A stretch of 62,986 bases of DNA, counting the filler, from Bigelowiella natans CCMP2755 (taxonomy: Eukaryota; Protista; Cercozoa), in the NCBI GenBank assembly GCA_000320545.1. It is 8 parts of 8 records of this genome, joined end to end, with 100 filler letters (N's around TTAATTAATTAA, not from the genome) between each part and the next. Parts side by side here need not be neighbours in the genome. Positions count along the whole stretch, not along the records: positions 1 to 23,889 come from ADNK01002683.1; 7 more parts are not named here. The stretch is one strand, 5' to 3'. A program made the translations under genes and the position numbers. The notes below the pieces were generated by a model that saw nothing but the letters and a program-made list of their open reading frames with translations, was not told the DNA's origin and searched no databases. Positions within the stretch are counted from its first letter, which is position 1; every line of letters starts with the position of its first letter. Below are positions 1 to 14,035 of the stretch, piece by piece.

Positions 1-69
1 GGGGGGGGGGGGGATGAGGGATTTGGGGCGAATAGTAAAAGGATACTAGACCACGGTGAGTATACACAC

Positions 70-160
70 CTCCTAGTGAAGAACCCACAGATCTATAGCA
101 TGTACATATAAAAAGTAAGGAAAGAGCGTTTGTGTGTGTGTGTGTGTGAAAGGGAGGAGG

Positions 161-201
<41 letters not shown>

Positions 202-376
202 TAGATATTGTGAGCATATACTGCGTGTAAGTTGATCAAAATCTGAAGAAATGACTATAGTTTTGCGTGGTATTACGGAGGTGTGAAGGCTGTCTCTTTC
301 AAAAACAAAAATAACACAATTGCCATGTATCTCTGCTGCTAACCCTAATGCTAACCATTATCATCATTTTGATCCG

Positions 377-417
<41 letters not shown>

Positions 418-843
418 GTATAAATTAAATACACGGTGTACATATGTGCATATTACGCGTGCAGTCGCTGAATTCCCAAGTGATCGAGTAGTGCAAACTG
501 AGACCGAACTTGGTCCTACGACGACGACGATAGCAGCAGCAGCACGCGTCCATACATTCCGCGCAACAATCAGAGAAGCAAGTGCCATGTGCAATCTTTC
601 CGTGCGTCAATGATGAAGATTTGGGACGAAGAAACCTGTACTGAGAAGGTTGGAAACGAAGATCCGTATGGGATGTTGTTGTTGTTATTGCTGCTCTTGT
701 TAGGGTCAATACTAGAAGGCCCCGTGCTACCATAGCAGCTATACACACAACATAAACGGGGACAAAGGAAGATTTTGATGCGAAAGATTTCATCGTATAC
801 CCATCTGTGAATACTGCTGCTCTTTCTCTCTCTCTTTCTCTCC

Positions 844-878
<35 letters not shown>

Positions 879-1477
879 CGTGCGCGCGCCATCAGATGCA
901 TACACACGCGCGCACCCACACGCACACGTAATCACCTCCCCGCGCTACACCCAACAACTACAGCAGCATATGCGAGCTTACCTTCCCAGATTATTGACAC
1001 AAATCACGAAGAATAGATCGGTGTCCAAGGCCAAACCAGGCCCTGGTGAAGAAGAAGAAGAAGAAGAAGAAGAAGAAGAAGAAGAAGAAGAAGCAAGCGA
1101 CACATCCAGTAACGGCATTGCAGAATTGACGCTCGAATGAATCTCTACCAATGAAGTCTTCCCACCACCCCTTTTTGGGGTGCTGCTCCGTACTGCAAGC
1201 GTGCGATGAGGCAGACATTCCTATGACCACGTTGAAGCAACACCAAACACATAACCGACTACACGAATCTTGAATTGCGGTGCTTTGCCATCAGGATATG
1301 AGTGTCACGGCTCACATTTATCGGCTACCACTACTACCTACTACTACAACTACTATTCCTCGAAGAAAATGAAAGGAGCTCCTAAACAAAAAATGAAAAA
1401 TTCTCCAAATCTATTTTTATGTATCTTTTGCCATATCCTCAAAGGCAGCAGGGAGGAAAGAAGGATAATATTCGTTC

Positions 1478-1517
<40 letters not shown>

Positions 1518-1921
1518 GTCTAGTGGTATTAGTTGTGGTAATAAGGTTAGAATTGTAAGTACCGCAATGCAGGAGCACAGCATTGTCCTTTTTCCGGCTC
1601 AACCTACCTGCAATCGTGTATTTGGGAAGCATCATTTTCAATGCAATCTACATGCTGGAATGGGACCCTACCCCACGTTTCATAAACAATCTGCATCTTT
1701 GAAAGAGTGCCTGCCGCAGTGAAGTTGGGGAATACAAGGAATAGAATAAGAGATTGATGTCAATATGATACATACATAAATATGGATAGAGTAAGATCGG
1801 CACCTCCCTCTACTTGGAAGTTCTCTTTGACGAAAACACTTGCGCCTGGTGGTGCCCCCATCGCATTGGAATAACTAACCTAAATCCATCAAAATGAAAA
1901 TAAGATCAATGTGTGTGATAT

Positions 1922-1995
<74 letters not shown>

Positions 1996-2354
1996 CGCGC
2001 GTGGACTAGTGTTTGTGTAATTTGATTATTCTAATTTAGCAGATTACTCATTCAAGTAAAAAACGGAGTACCTCAGGGCCTTTTGGCCCCTCCACAGATG
2101 GAGGACGGGTACAGTGCATACTCCGTCGCGGTAAATAGAAGGCAGTACCTGCCATTCTTGATGAAGAAGGTATGATGTTTTTCCTTTATAAACACACCCC
2201 GAAATGAGTACGATAACGGCCTATAACGATAACATGGAGATAGGTAGCCGCTCACCGAGCTCGAGGGGTAGTCAGCGCCAAAGATCTTGTTATATTCCTC
2301 CTAATCATTGAGCCTTCCGATCCTACACCTTAGAGCATAAAATAAGTTAATCAT
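70..2354 (-). CDS. cys2: MetX-family serine O-acetyl/succinyltransferase (fungal Cys2/CysA-like), multi-exon, 3' end runs off the window start
   Basis: Exons joined at GT-AG sites give ...GPEVSYS...[90 protein letters not shown]...PYGSSFPTFSVQDQVRSQFALLDHLGIQRLHASVGSSLG (GxSxG nucleophile exon 92..70). Candidate ATG at 2354 gives an R/S/L-rich leader (MINLFYALRRNITRSLAL). Confidence 0.85.
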
Positions 2355-2747
2355 CGAGATCTGTCCTCTTCCCGTGTCTATGGGTTTGAGAGAGGGGCTC
2401 CGCATATGGTTGCACACCCGCCAGCCTCTGTCAGTTCTAGAAGCATGGACATCTAGTTAGAAGAAGGTACTCGAGGAGAGTTTCCTCTGAAGGAGAGAAG
2501 AAAAGCTGGATCTCATTCCCAGTTTTTCTTGATCAGCAAGGGGGAGGGAGGGCAGCCTCGACAGATGCTCGAAGATTTAACAAGGAAATCGAAAAAAAAA
2601 CATGCGGTTTTTACCATACGACATAGAAACCATCATTTTAATCAATTGTGTTTTGCATCTCCGTTAAAGTCAGCATATATTTTGGTCCCGACTTTGTAAG
2701 TAGATACAACAATAACAACAAACCAAAAGATTCTGGCCCCCACGTGA
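2355..2747. promoter_or_regulatory. Probable bidirectional promoter between cys2-like (-) and USP (+)
   Basis: 393-bp microsatellite-free gap between two divergent predicted ATGs; both start calls are inferred. Confidence 0.4.
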
Positions 2748-3731
2748 ATGGGTGGCAACGGTGAGAGTGCTTCACCCTTTCCGCCCCTCTCCTACTAGAA
2801 CAGTTTGGAGGGGATGGGGTGGTTGGGGTGACTGCAGGAAGCAGGAAGAGAGGGGCGTTGGCGTTCACGTAGTGATGAAGTTGTTCTCAACGGTGATTTT
2901 CTCTCAGGAAGCAAAGCAGTACAGCAATCAAGTGCCTCCAGAGAGCAAGCAGCCTCTGGTTTGTGGACCTAGATTCGAAAGTAGATCACAGAGAGGGGCC
3001 AAAAGACTGATTCGATTCACTAGCACAACGAATTTTTAATCAGTGACCTATTCCCCCCCCCCCCCCCCCCTTCGGGCTCCCTCTCCACAGTTGCCGATTT
3101 GATGAGCAGCCGACAAGGGCATCCAGGATGCAGGCATGTGCAAGCAGTATCGAAGCAGAGATTTAGAGAGCTTGTCCGCCGAAAGTTTCTGGGCGAGGTA
3201 GTTCTTTTGAAAAGCAGCCTCCCTTCTCCCCCCCCCTCCCCCCCTCTCCCGCCGTGCCTTCCCAATATATCATCTCCATTTCTACGTCGCGCGTGGACAG
3301 TGACACAGTGGCCCCGGAGCTCTCATCTGATTGTTGCTTTCCACGAATGAAGGTCAACGGTGCTATTCCGAGATCGGCTCAGACAGCCCCCGAAGTCACC
3401 TCCAAGTCACCCGCGAGCGTCATTGCAAACGCCGGTGCTCCGTCAACAGGTTGTGTTGTTGTTCGGACCGAAGCTCCTGCGAGTAATGACGGGCTGCTGG
3501 CTTACTTACAAACGTGATAGTACGACATCAACCACATGGCGCTTCTCTTAATGTTTGCTCTACTATGATATAACAACAAAAGGCAAAGACGAGTTGGTTC
3601 GAACGCAAACGATTCTGCATTGCCAGGCTTGCGCTTCACAAGGAGGTGCGCGCTCATTCTATCTCACCCCCCCCTTCCCCCCTCCCCCATCCTATCTCTC
3701 TCTTTCCCTAATACCCTATTACATATCGCAC

Positions 3732-3775
<44 letters not shown>

Positions 3776-3882
3776 AATATTCATGTGTGTCGCTCAGATG
3801 GGTTCAGTGACGAGGCGAAGAAGCATGTTCGGTGCGATTTTCTGTTTGTGGCTCTTTCTCGCTCTTCCTCTTTGTCCCTCTT

Positions 3883-3928
<46 letters not shown>

Positions 3929-4761
3929 AAAGTCCTCGTCCTGCCGTTGTGCCTTTGCACGTATAATACTCCAATGGAGTGGCAGTGAAGCGATAAGAAT
4001 GCTACTACAGATGTTTCCTCTGCTAATGTTGTGTGTTTCGGGTGCTTGAGAATGATTCTATTTCCATATATATACATATAATATTCTTTTGTGTTATGCG
4101 TTCAGCGACCTCGTAACAGCCTCACGTTTCGGGGCGATATGCAACCTTGAGCACTGGATGTGTAAGGATGAAAGATAGCTCTCAGAATTAGCTGCTCGAA
4201 TATAACATTGAACATATATCCCACCTCTATCGTTCTTGCGTGTGCTTATGTGTGTTCAGTGCGTGTTTGCTGTAAGGTATGGAATGCGGCTTCATGGCGT
4301 GCCTCTCCCCTTACGACAAAAAACAGCACCTCCTAGCACACTACCACAAAACGGTCAGGATATGATGTTGGAAGGGGGGGGGTAGAGGAGGAAGAGGACA
4401 TTGGCTGCCAAAATTGCAAAGATATAGGCACATGAAATTATGCAGCACATATCAAAGTTGATTATGTGTTTACTGCTCATCAGAAGCACCCTCTTTGGAT
4501 TCAGTGCCATGATTCTCATGTGTTCTGCGTCACCTGCCAGCTTTATGTATACCCGAGAGAGCTGTCAGGTGTGTGTTTGTGTTTGAGTTTGTGTGTGTTT
4601 GTGTCGCGTATCTTTCCCATCGTCCCCGTCCCGCCCTCTCCCCCCTCCCCCGTCTCTCCTCCTCTCTTGTATCTATGCGTGTGTGCGTAATGTTGCTCAC
4701 GTTTGTTCTTCTGCTACTGATGTTTTTATTGCATACGAGTACCCTGTAACATACGAACACG

Positions 4762-4797
<36 letters not shown>

Positions 4798-4798
4798 C

Positions 4799-4832
<34 letters not shown>

Positions 4833-5308
4833 TAATTGCATACATATGTTTTTTGTGTGTGCGCGCGCTCGCGCGCGTGTGTATATTAACAACGCAGGCA
4901 GCTCACGATACGAGCGTATTCTGGACGACGTTGTGTACCAATGGCTGCTTACGCTGGGAAGGGTGCGTTGTTAGCATAAGTACACAACACGCACGCCTCC
5001 TCTCTCTCACCTACATCCGTCCCTAGTCCTGCACGTCAATAGAGCGCTACTCTAAGGCGCTGCTATATGGCTACTCGCTAGCCGGCGGCGACTCGGCGAA
5101 GCCCTTAGTGCGGAACGAGGGCATTATGAGAGTTATCGGACAACACTCTTCGTGTGTGTTCGTGTGCGTAAGGGGCTGATGAAGTGCATCGTAGGTGCGA
5201 CTTTGGTGGCGGGTGATGGACGAATCGCTTCCAAAAGTAAGATGATAGTCCTTGGCCAGCTGCGCTTTTTGCGCCTTTATATGCTGTCGTGTCAAATCGC
5301 TTTTAAGA

Positions 5309-5361
<53 letters not shown>

Positions 5362-5900
5362 GCTTGTCCAATTTGAAACATTCTCCTCCTTCTGCATTTG
5401 CTTATGTCCCATTCTTTGTGCTGCTGCTACTTAGCAACTGAAGGAGAACGCTGGTAGAGGCGGCGATTTGCTGGTAGGCTCTCCCCTTCCCTCCTCCCCC
5501 CCCCCCCCCATCTAGCAAAGTAAGGATGCAAGAGGCAGCACCTAGCAGAATACAGCTTGCATTGTGAAGGCCACAAACCACATCAGAATAGCGTTATCGA
5601 TGCCACACCCTCCTAGCAAAACACGTAGCAAATGAAAAGATTTTCCCCGTGTCGCTGGGAGTGGGGGGGGGGGGGTTGGATTTCAAAAAAAAACCGGGTT
5701 GAGGAGCAAATTTTCTTCTTTTTCTCGTTGGCTTATTTTCATTTTATTTTGCTGGGTCGGGGGAATTAAAAATTTTGCAAATATTTGTTTCTTAACCTCA
5801 AATTCCCAGGTAAAAAAGGGGGGGGGGGGGGGGGGGGGCTAACTAGCTCTGCATGGCGTTGGAATATCATCAACTTGCCGAGGTCATGTTACGGTCATGT

Positions 5901-5940
<40 letters not shown>

Positions 5941-6358
5941 TATAGAATATAAATATATGTAATATACTCATATATATAGGCATTAAATCATTGTAAGGCA
6001 TTTCGAGAGAGATTGGCGAAGGTGAATCAGATATTAAAATGCAAAAGATATATATGTTGTATATATATATATATATATATATATACATAATATACACTGA
6101 TCTGTATCTGCATGCGTGCGCGCGTGTGTGTGTGTGTATTGTGCATGTGTTTGCGCTATTGCATTTTAATGACTGGTGTATCCGTGTGTGTTCTCGACGT
6201 GCTGCTGCTGCTGCTGCTGCTGGTGTGAGCTGCAGTCTGACGATGATGGGAGGCCAATACAAAGAGAGCTCGCACGGCTTTTGTCCACGTAACAATTGAC
6301 GAAGAATCTGCGTTTCCCTTATGATAATGAGTTTGAAGATATCTGCCTGATAGAGGCT

Positions 6359-6398
<40 letters not shown>

Positions 6399-6748
6399 AT
6401 GCGTGCGTGTAGTAACAACATAACAACGTGTATTTTTTATCAATTTGGAGAGATAGTAGTGCGAAGGATGATGAATGATGCATGTGCATGTGCATGTGCA
6501 TGTGTGTGTGTATGTGTGTGTCAAGTGAACCAGAGAATGAATAGCCGCTCACAATCGTCGTCGTTATCGTCGTTGTTGTTGTTGTTGTTGTTGTCAGGTA
6601 CTGGGATCCTTCATCGAAGAAAAGGAACATAAATCCGAGGCCTTTTTTCCGCGCGGTAGGCAGCATTAGCATCTTCAATTTGTCCTTCAGTGAATTGTGA
6701 GAGAGATTTTGTCGATATTACGAAGTACATATAGATGCAAGCATAATA

Positions 6749-6824
<76 letters not shown>

Positions 6825-7523
6825 TAAAACACAGGTAGCTGAAAATGCGCTGTTTGGCAGATACAGTAAGTCGTACCAACCCCAACCCATAGCATGCACT
6901 TCACCATGCACACACAAAAACATACACGCACAACACACACAAGCACATGCTGGGATACAGCATATGTGTACATGCAGAAGTGGTAGTACCACAGTGGACA
7001 ATGGAAGGGCCAATACAGAGAGGGGGGGGATGATACCTTTTACGCAATCCACCACCCCCCCCTCTCTCTCTCTTTCTGTGTGCGTTGTGTGAGTGTTTTG
7101 TGTGCATGTGAGCCTGAATGCTCACTTTCTATCAATAGATAGATTACTTGCCCCCCCCCCCCCTATTCCCGGGCGTCACTTACCTCATTCATCTTCGATA
7201 AGGCGACCATACGATGGAGGACGCAAACTCTCTCATTGTGGACATATTGAATGGAATGGACCCTCAATTGGTGACCGATGCACGTGCACCCGGAAATTCT
7301 ATGGCGAGAGAACTAGCGGGGGGGGGGGGGGACGTTTCATCATTTTCGTCTGGAACTTGATTGTCTGGCAGCACGATGACGAATGCTGATGGATTTTTGG
7401 TGATAACAGGTCAATAGTACGTTCGGCGTGAGACTACAAAGCAGAATCACATGTAAAAGGTGGGTGCTTCTCCGCTTAATAGCGGATTTACACATAAAAT
7501 ATACATGAACACACACACACACA

Positions 7524-7557
<34 letters not shown>

Positions 7558-7613
7558 GGCGCGCCTGAAATATAATACGTGCTCGCTTCTACATGCGTAT
7601 GCTCATACACATG

Positions 7614-7680
<67 letters not shown>

Positions 7681-7838
7681 TGTTTTACCAAAGATGCGAA
7701 GAGGCGGAGAAGCAGCGTGCGAAGGCTGCTGATGGTGAAACAAATTCCTCCCCGAAGGAAAAAGGTGCTGATTTATTGAAAGATGACTAATTTTCTATGG
7801 TACTGAAAGCACATGCTAGGCAAGATATAATCAGTATC

Positions 7839-7880
<42 letters not shown>

Positions 7881-8203
7881 CATATATAGATATTCATACG
7901 ATTAGATTTGGTGCGCGAAAGGCATACTCTGAGAGCTGCTAATATGTGATGTTAATATAATACCTACTTTCGCAACCAGGAGGAGCACCCCGCCCCTTGC
8001 CGATGGAGACTGTGCTATCTCTTGGTGATAGATGATGTATCTGTACGCAATGTGTGTGTGTGTGTGCGTGTGTGTGTGTATGTGTGCGAGTGTGGTGGCG
8101 GGGGGAGGGTTATAGTTAATTTGTTGGATGCATTTTTCCTTGCGCCACAGGTTTGACGGAGCAGAGCTACGAAGGAGCAGACGGTACTCACAGCAGTAGA
8201 TAT

Positions 8204-8243
<40 letters not shown>

Positions 8244-9088
8244 GCTGTTTTTATTGTTATCGTTATTGATTGCACGCGCGCGCGCGTGAGCGCGTGCATG
8301 CACGCGTAGGATGACATGCCGGGATTTACCACAGTGAAGAAGAACATCGGCAAGGAGGAGACGGAAGGCGTGCTGGACAAGCTTGATCAGAAGACGCGAA
8401 GGATTGTAGAGCTCATGACCATTCACACTCGAGCGCAGCACGCATCGGTATTGAATCACTTCCATGCAGAGCGGCCTGAGGGCGCGTATTTTGATTAGTG
8501 GTGTTATGCAAACGCTGCTGCGAGAGACATTCAGCACGCTGTTCGCCAACGACGACTGTAGTGTGAGGCCTTACTCCTCGAGAGTAGTCACACGCACCGC
8601 CCCCGGTTGAAGAAGAGTTGTTCTTTCTTTTTCGGTCTTACGGCCTTCTCAGAGCGTCGATGTGTCCGATTTGGTGGAACGGTACTTCCAAAAGGAGCAC
8701 ATCCCAGATTACAGGTGTTGTTAATCTCTTCTCGGCGAGTAGTAGTAATAGTAGTGTTGTAGTTGCAGTAGTAGTAGCAGTAGCATTGGTAGTATTAGTA
8801 GTATTAGTAGTGGTAGTAGTTGTTGCTTCTGCGAGAGAGGCCCTTATTATTCAACCCTCTTTTCATAGGTGCTCAGGTTGTAAATTGAAAGGGGAGTGCT
8901 TCAAGGTGAGCAAACGATGTGTGGATATTGCACCATAACGATGATGACGATGACGATGATGATGATGATGATAACGATGATGATGAGAGGCCACGTGAGT
9001 CAGATGCCATAACACGGTGGCCACGATGAAATGCACAAAATACAAAGTGTCTTCCCCGACTATGAAGGGAGGAAAAATACACCACCTG

Positions 9089-9130
<42 letters not shown>

Positions 9131-10222
9131 GTGTGCTGCAGGAAGTAAATCCAACACGCCTTCCTAAAGTCCTTATTCTTCAGCTCAAACGGTAGTAAAT
9201 ACATCAACCACATATCCAAGCAAAAAACAAGTGATGATGATGATGGTGATAATGGTGATGATGGTGATGACGATAGCATATAGATGTGCTCTTATCGTGA
9301 ATCGTATCAACATGGTGTTCCCATCGTTTCATCTTGGTGATGATTACAGCTTCGCACCTATTTCCCTTGGAGTGCAGATCAAAAGCCATCGAAAGGTCCC
9401 CTATCTTCCTGTATACGAATATAATATATATATATATATATATATATTGTATATATTGTATCTAAAGTGCTTTGTTCCAAAATCATCATCCTCAAACTCT
9501 TCTTCCTAACTATGCGGACAAACAAAAACAGGTGAACGTCACGGAGACGCTCAATCTGAAGCCATTCCATCTTGCGTCCGACGAAAAGTAATAGAACGAT
9601 TAAAATGATCTATTAGTCTCCCTTTCTAATAACATAAAATAAGTGGTGGCGGAGGGGAGAAGGGGGGGGGGGGGGGGAGCGAGCAATACAATTTTCAAAT
9701 TCATCATGCGTGTTATAGAATGTATATGCAGATCGGTTATCATTTCCTCAATACACGTGTGCTTGCAGAGGCCCTTCTATGGCCTCACACAAACGCGCGC
9801 ACCTCACCGTTGTGTACCTTCAAGTTGTCATCATCATCATCCTCAACTACATCACCATCATCATAATCTTGGCGCAGGGTAGCGGATAGCCATGCATACA
9901 AACTTAGCTCAATGGTCGTCCACGATGGTGGAATGGGGGGGGGTCACAACATGTGCTACGTTCGCCTACCGCCTTCTGGTAGCTTCAGTAGATACGGAGG
10001 AGGAGCAGGAGAGGGCTAGAGGGGGGGGGGAGGAAGGAGAATCTAGCATCAGCATTGATCGTGTAGTCTCGATTTAGCATATTTGTAAGATTCACAAATC
10101 CGAGCCCATTCCATCACTATTTATTTCATCATTCGTACAAAGGCGAAGCCTTTAGAAAATAGAATCTCTCGCCGCCCCACCCTTGCAAACGAGCAGCCAT
10201 CATTTTCCGCAGATATATGTAC

Positions 10223-10296
<74 letters not shown>

Positions 10297-10771
10297 ATTC
10301 TGACTAATATCTAACACCAGACTTGTTCGTATAATACACTGCATGATTTATCTGTATTATGATAATAGAAGGGGGAGATAAGTGGATGTGGTTCTCTGAT
10401 AGACACATCGGCCCTGTTCCAAAGGCAGAGGTAGAAGGCACTTGCGAGAGACTGACAAGCGACTTTACCATTCAAAAGCAGCAGCTACAGCGTGTAGTAG
10501 TTGAGCATGAGGAAAGCAATATCAACGAGAACTGTTTAGATCTATTGAAGACAAAGTGTTTGTTAGACCAACCGGAAACATCGGTGGCTTTAGAGTTGTT
10601 GTTATTACTGCATAGACGAGCCATCACAATATGTCTGAAATCTTAATCTATGCAACGCTTGAAATGGCTGTTGGGCATGTTTCTGTGTTAATACTTTAGG
10701 TCGAAGCAGCCGAGCCTTACATCCTGTTCTATACGATGGAGGAGAAGGCCGATACGGACAGCGGCCAGTAG
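2748..10771 (+). CDS. Ubiquitin-specific protease (peptidase C19) with N-terminal ZnF-UBP, USP16/USP45/UBP1-2-like, many exons
   Basis: Exons give GCRHVQAV; NLEHWMCMECGFMAC...HLLAHYHKT and KHPLWIQCHDSHVFCVTCQLYV (ZnF-UBP); ALNHCKAFRERL; FGRYSDHTMEDANSLIVDIL; TFGVRLQSRITCKRC; RCSGC; LPKVLILQLKR (9142-9191); YKLSSMVVHDGGMGGGHNMCYVR (about 9888-9978); KWMWFSDRHI; EPYILFY, with stop at 10769-10771. Start ATG and several internal exons are uncertain. Confidence 0.8.
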
Positions 10772-10776
10772 TAGTT

Positions 10777-10810
<34 letters not shown>

Positions 10811-11788
10811 AAGGAGTAGAAGGAGTAGAGAGGACGACGGTATATGCTGTTCACGGCTCTACATTAGGATGACTATGTTAAATTAAAAAGGAAACTATTT
10901 CAATACATATAGCAGCATGTATGCAGGGAGTGGGCCATTATATGTGGTGGACAAGCAGTAACACTAGCAAATGCCCCATGCAGCAAGACTAGTGTAGATC
11001 GAGCATCAATCATCATTGAAACATGGAGCGGGTAGCGCATGTATGTGCTGTTATTGTGCACGGTACATTATTGTGTACGTCGTAAGTCATGTCGCAGCAG
11101 TTGTGAGCAGCGAGTGTACAATCTAGCGATGTTCTATGTGTGCACATGCATAAGCGCTGCATTGTGCAGCTACATTGCGATGACCATTAAAAAAATTGTA
11201 CAAATAAATAATAATATATAAAATATTGCATGCTAGCATGTCTATCATACAAATTCATCACATCCATCCCCTGCTACACATGTAAATGTATCTCTGTGCA
11301 TCCATATAGCTAGAAAGTGACCGACTACCACGCCAGATATACAGATATCGAGCAAAAATAATAATAGACACAGCAATAAAAGATGACGCTAATAATGACT
11401 TGCCTGTCTGTACGTGCACGGAGGAAACAATAATAGACACGATACGTAATATCATCTAGCTGTGTGCATGTAAATGCGAATGTATGCATGATGATAACAT
11501 CGAGATCAACACTACACTGACTACCGCTTGCAAAGGCGGTACTAACCACTTCTGCATGGATCAACATGCTAGCATGGGGTGAGATGATAAGTGTACTCTA
11601 CGTACACAACAGAACGACGAACTCTGACAAGTCGCATGAATGCACATTTGGCACGCTAGCACATTAGACACATCCAGAGGAGGACGGCAATGCATACGAA
11701 GGAATGACGCACGTCTGCCGACTAGATGTAGCGGTGATAGGATACATATTAACCATGCGTCTTCTGCATGCGGCGTCGTGTTAGAATT

Positions 11789-11995
11789 CTAAAAGCCTCC
11801 GCCAACACCATAGATATTGTAGTACTTCTTCATATTCTGCAAGCTCTCGACCCATCGCTCTTGCTTCTCATCATCCATTGATTTCTTAAACCTTCACACA
11901 GAAAGATGATTTTGTAAAAACGTAATCATCAGAGTATAGCGTTATGATAGCTCTCTCTCTCTCTTCCCCCCTCTCACTCTTTATCTCTTTCTCTC

Positions 11996-12037
<42 letters not shown>

Positions 12038-12039
12038 GT

Positions 12040-12077
<38 letters not shown>

Positions 12078-12116
12078 TATTATATACATATTAAATGTGC
12101 CAGAATGTGTGTATAA

Positions 12117-12159
<43 letters not shown>

Positions 12160-12172
12160 CTGTGTGTGTGTG

Positions 12173-12230
<58 letters not shown>

Positions 12231-13466
12231 AAGCATCCAAAGAGATCTACACGGTGCATCACAGCTGGCTGCTACCTTATCTTGAATGTGTCACCACACT
12301 TCGTTTTGATGACTACTTCTGCCTGATGCTTCCCTTTTTTTTTGCCAAAGATCGTAAACTAAGTATGCACACAAACACACACACACACACACACACATAT
12401 GCGTGTAGACGAAGGCCATCATCACTCGGCATAAGCAAGTTTGTTTTTCCCGTTTGCATTATACATTTAGATATATCAATATATATATATATATATATAT
12501 ATATATTGATATACATTGATATAGTATATCTAATAATTACAATCTCTCCTACTACATACAATGCTGCTTCTCCGCGCTACGACAACGGTTTCAATGTTAA
12601 TAATCCCACGAACAGTCTCAAACTCATCCGTCGGCAATGGAAGCTTGCTCTCAGTATCCTCTCCCAGTGCCCGCTTAACCTAAGATGCACGTGCATGGTG
12701 AAGGGATTTCGAGATTGGATTTAACAAAGACCATCTTACCACATACATCTCTATCTATGCTGAATGCAGAAGATACTCCTTGAGGAAGAGGGGCATGCTA
12801 CTACACTGTCTACAACGTGTAAAGCTTGCATTTATGATACGTATATTCGTGTTTTGTCCCACTCACATATAGGTATAGCTTACCATCGATCATTTGTGAA
12901 GATATTTTTGGAAAAATGATCATCATCAGCATCATCAGCATCATTATCATCACCATCACCATCATCACCATCATCACCATCATCATCGTCATCATCCTTA
13001 CGCTGGCCTTATCCCCAAGTAGAAGAATGCCTTCGGTGGGAGAAATCTTCTTAGCTACCACATGCCTATAGGAAGTACGCGCAATAATATGAAGAGATAC
13101 GACAAGCAACATGTTTCAAAACACTAATATCTACATTCAATATATATTAATATATATTCTATGTGTGCATGTGTGTATGGTGTGTTCTCCATGTGTGTCT
13201 CGAACAACGTTTCACACGTCTCTGCTCTCCATGTCTCTCAAAATTAGCCTAACTACACAACTGGTAAATATATATATATATTTATACACTATTGCAGAAA
13301 TTCAATAATATACAAATATATAATGTACAATCTATAAATGAACATCGTGCATGGCTATATGTGCCACTGGAGTCTCTCACTTTAGCTCGTATTTTCCCTT
13401 TGATTTCGGAGAGAAGACGAAGGCGTCTATTCTGGTAGAGCTCAGCTGCACGAGGAGGGAAAGAGA

Positions 13467-13514
<48 letters not shown>

Positions 13515-14002
13515 GAGCACAGCGACGATGACGACGATAAGGAAACCGAGATAAACAAGCATTAGAATACGTTATGATACTAACATGCGTGTCGTGGTTC
13601 TATAGTGACAAAACATGCGAAATAGTCACGGGAAGGACTTCTAGCATACTCGCCACTCTAATGATCAAACATCAATCATCTGTCTTCTTCTATGTAACTC
13701 TTCGGTCTGATGGATCTTTCGCAGTCATAACGTGTGCGCGGCCACCTCGGCGTAAGCTTTCATTTTTTCCTCTTCCTTTGTCTTCTTTTCATTGAAACCA
13801 TCGTCCGTTGCAAGCGCATATCGTAATACACGCATTGCTAACAAGAACACACACACAAACACGCACACACAGAGGGGGGGAGGGGGGAGGAGAGACATAA
13901 ATATATGCTCATATCAGTAATTGCGCAAACAACCAAAATACGCAACTACCATTGCTCTCTTCCTGCTTGTACTTTTCCCTGGATTTCCCTTCTGCTCCTC
14001 GC

Positions 14003-14035
<33 letters not shown>

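Noticed and set aside
337-350. TGCTAACCCTAATG shared with 52989-53002, resembling interstitial telomere seeds
   Set aside because: Under two telomere units; 14 bp in two introns is too little to separate from chance or branch-point-like CTAAC.
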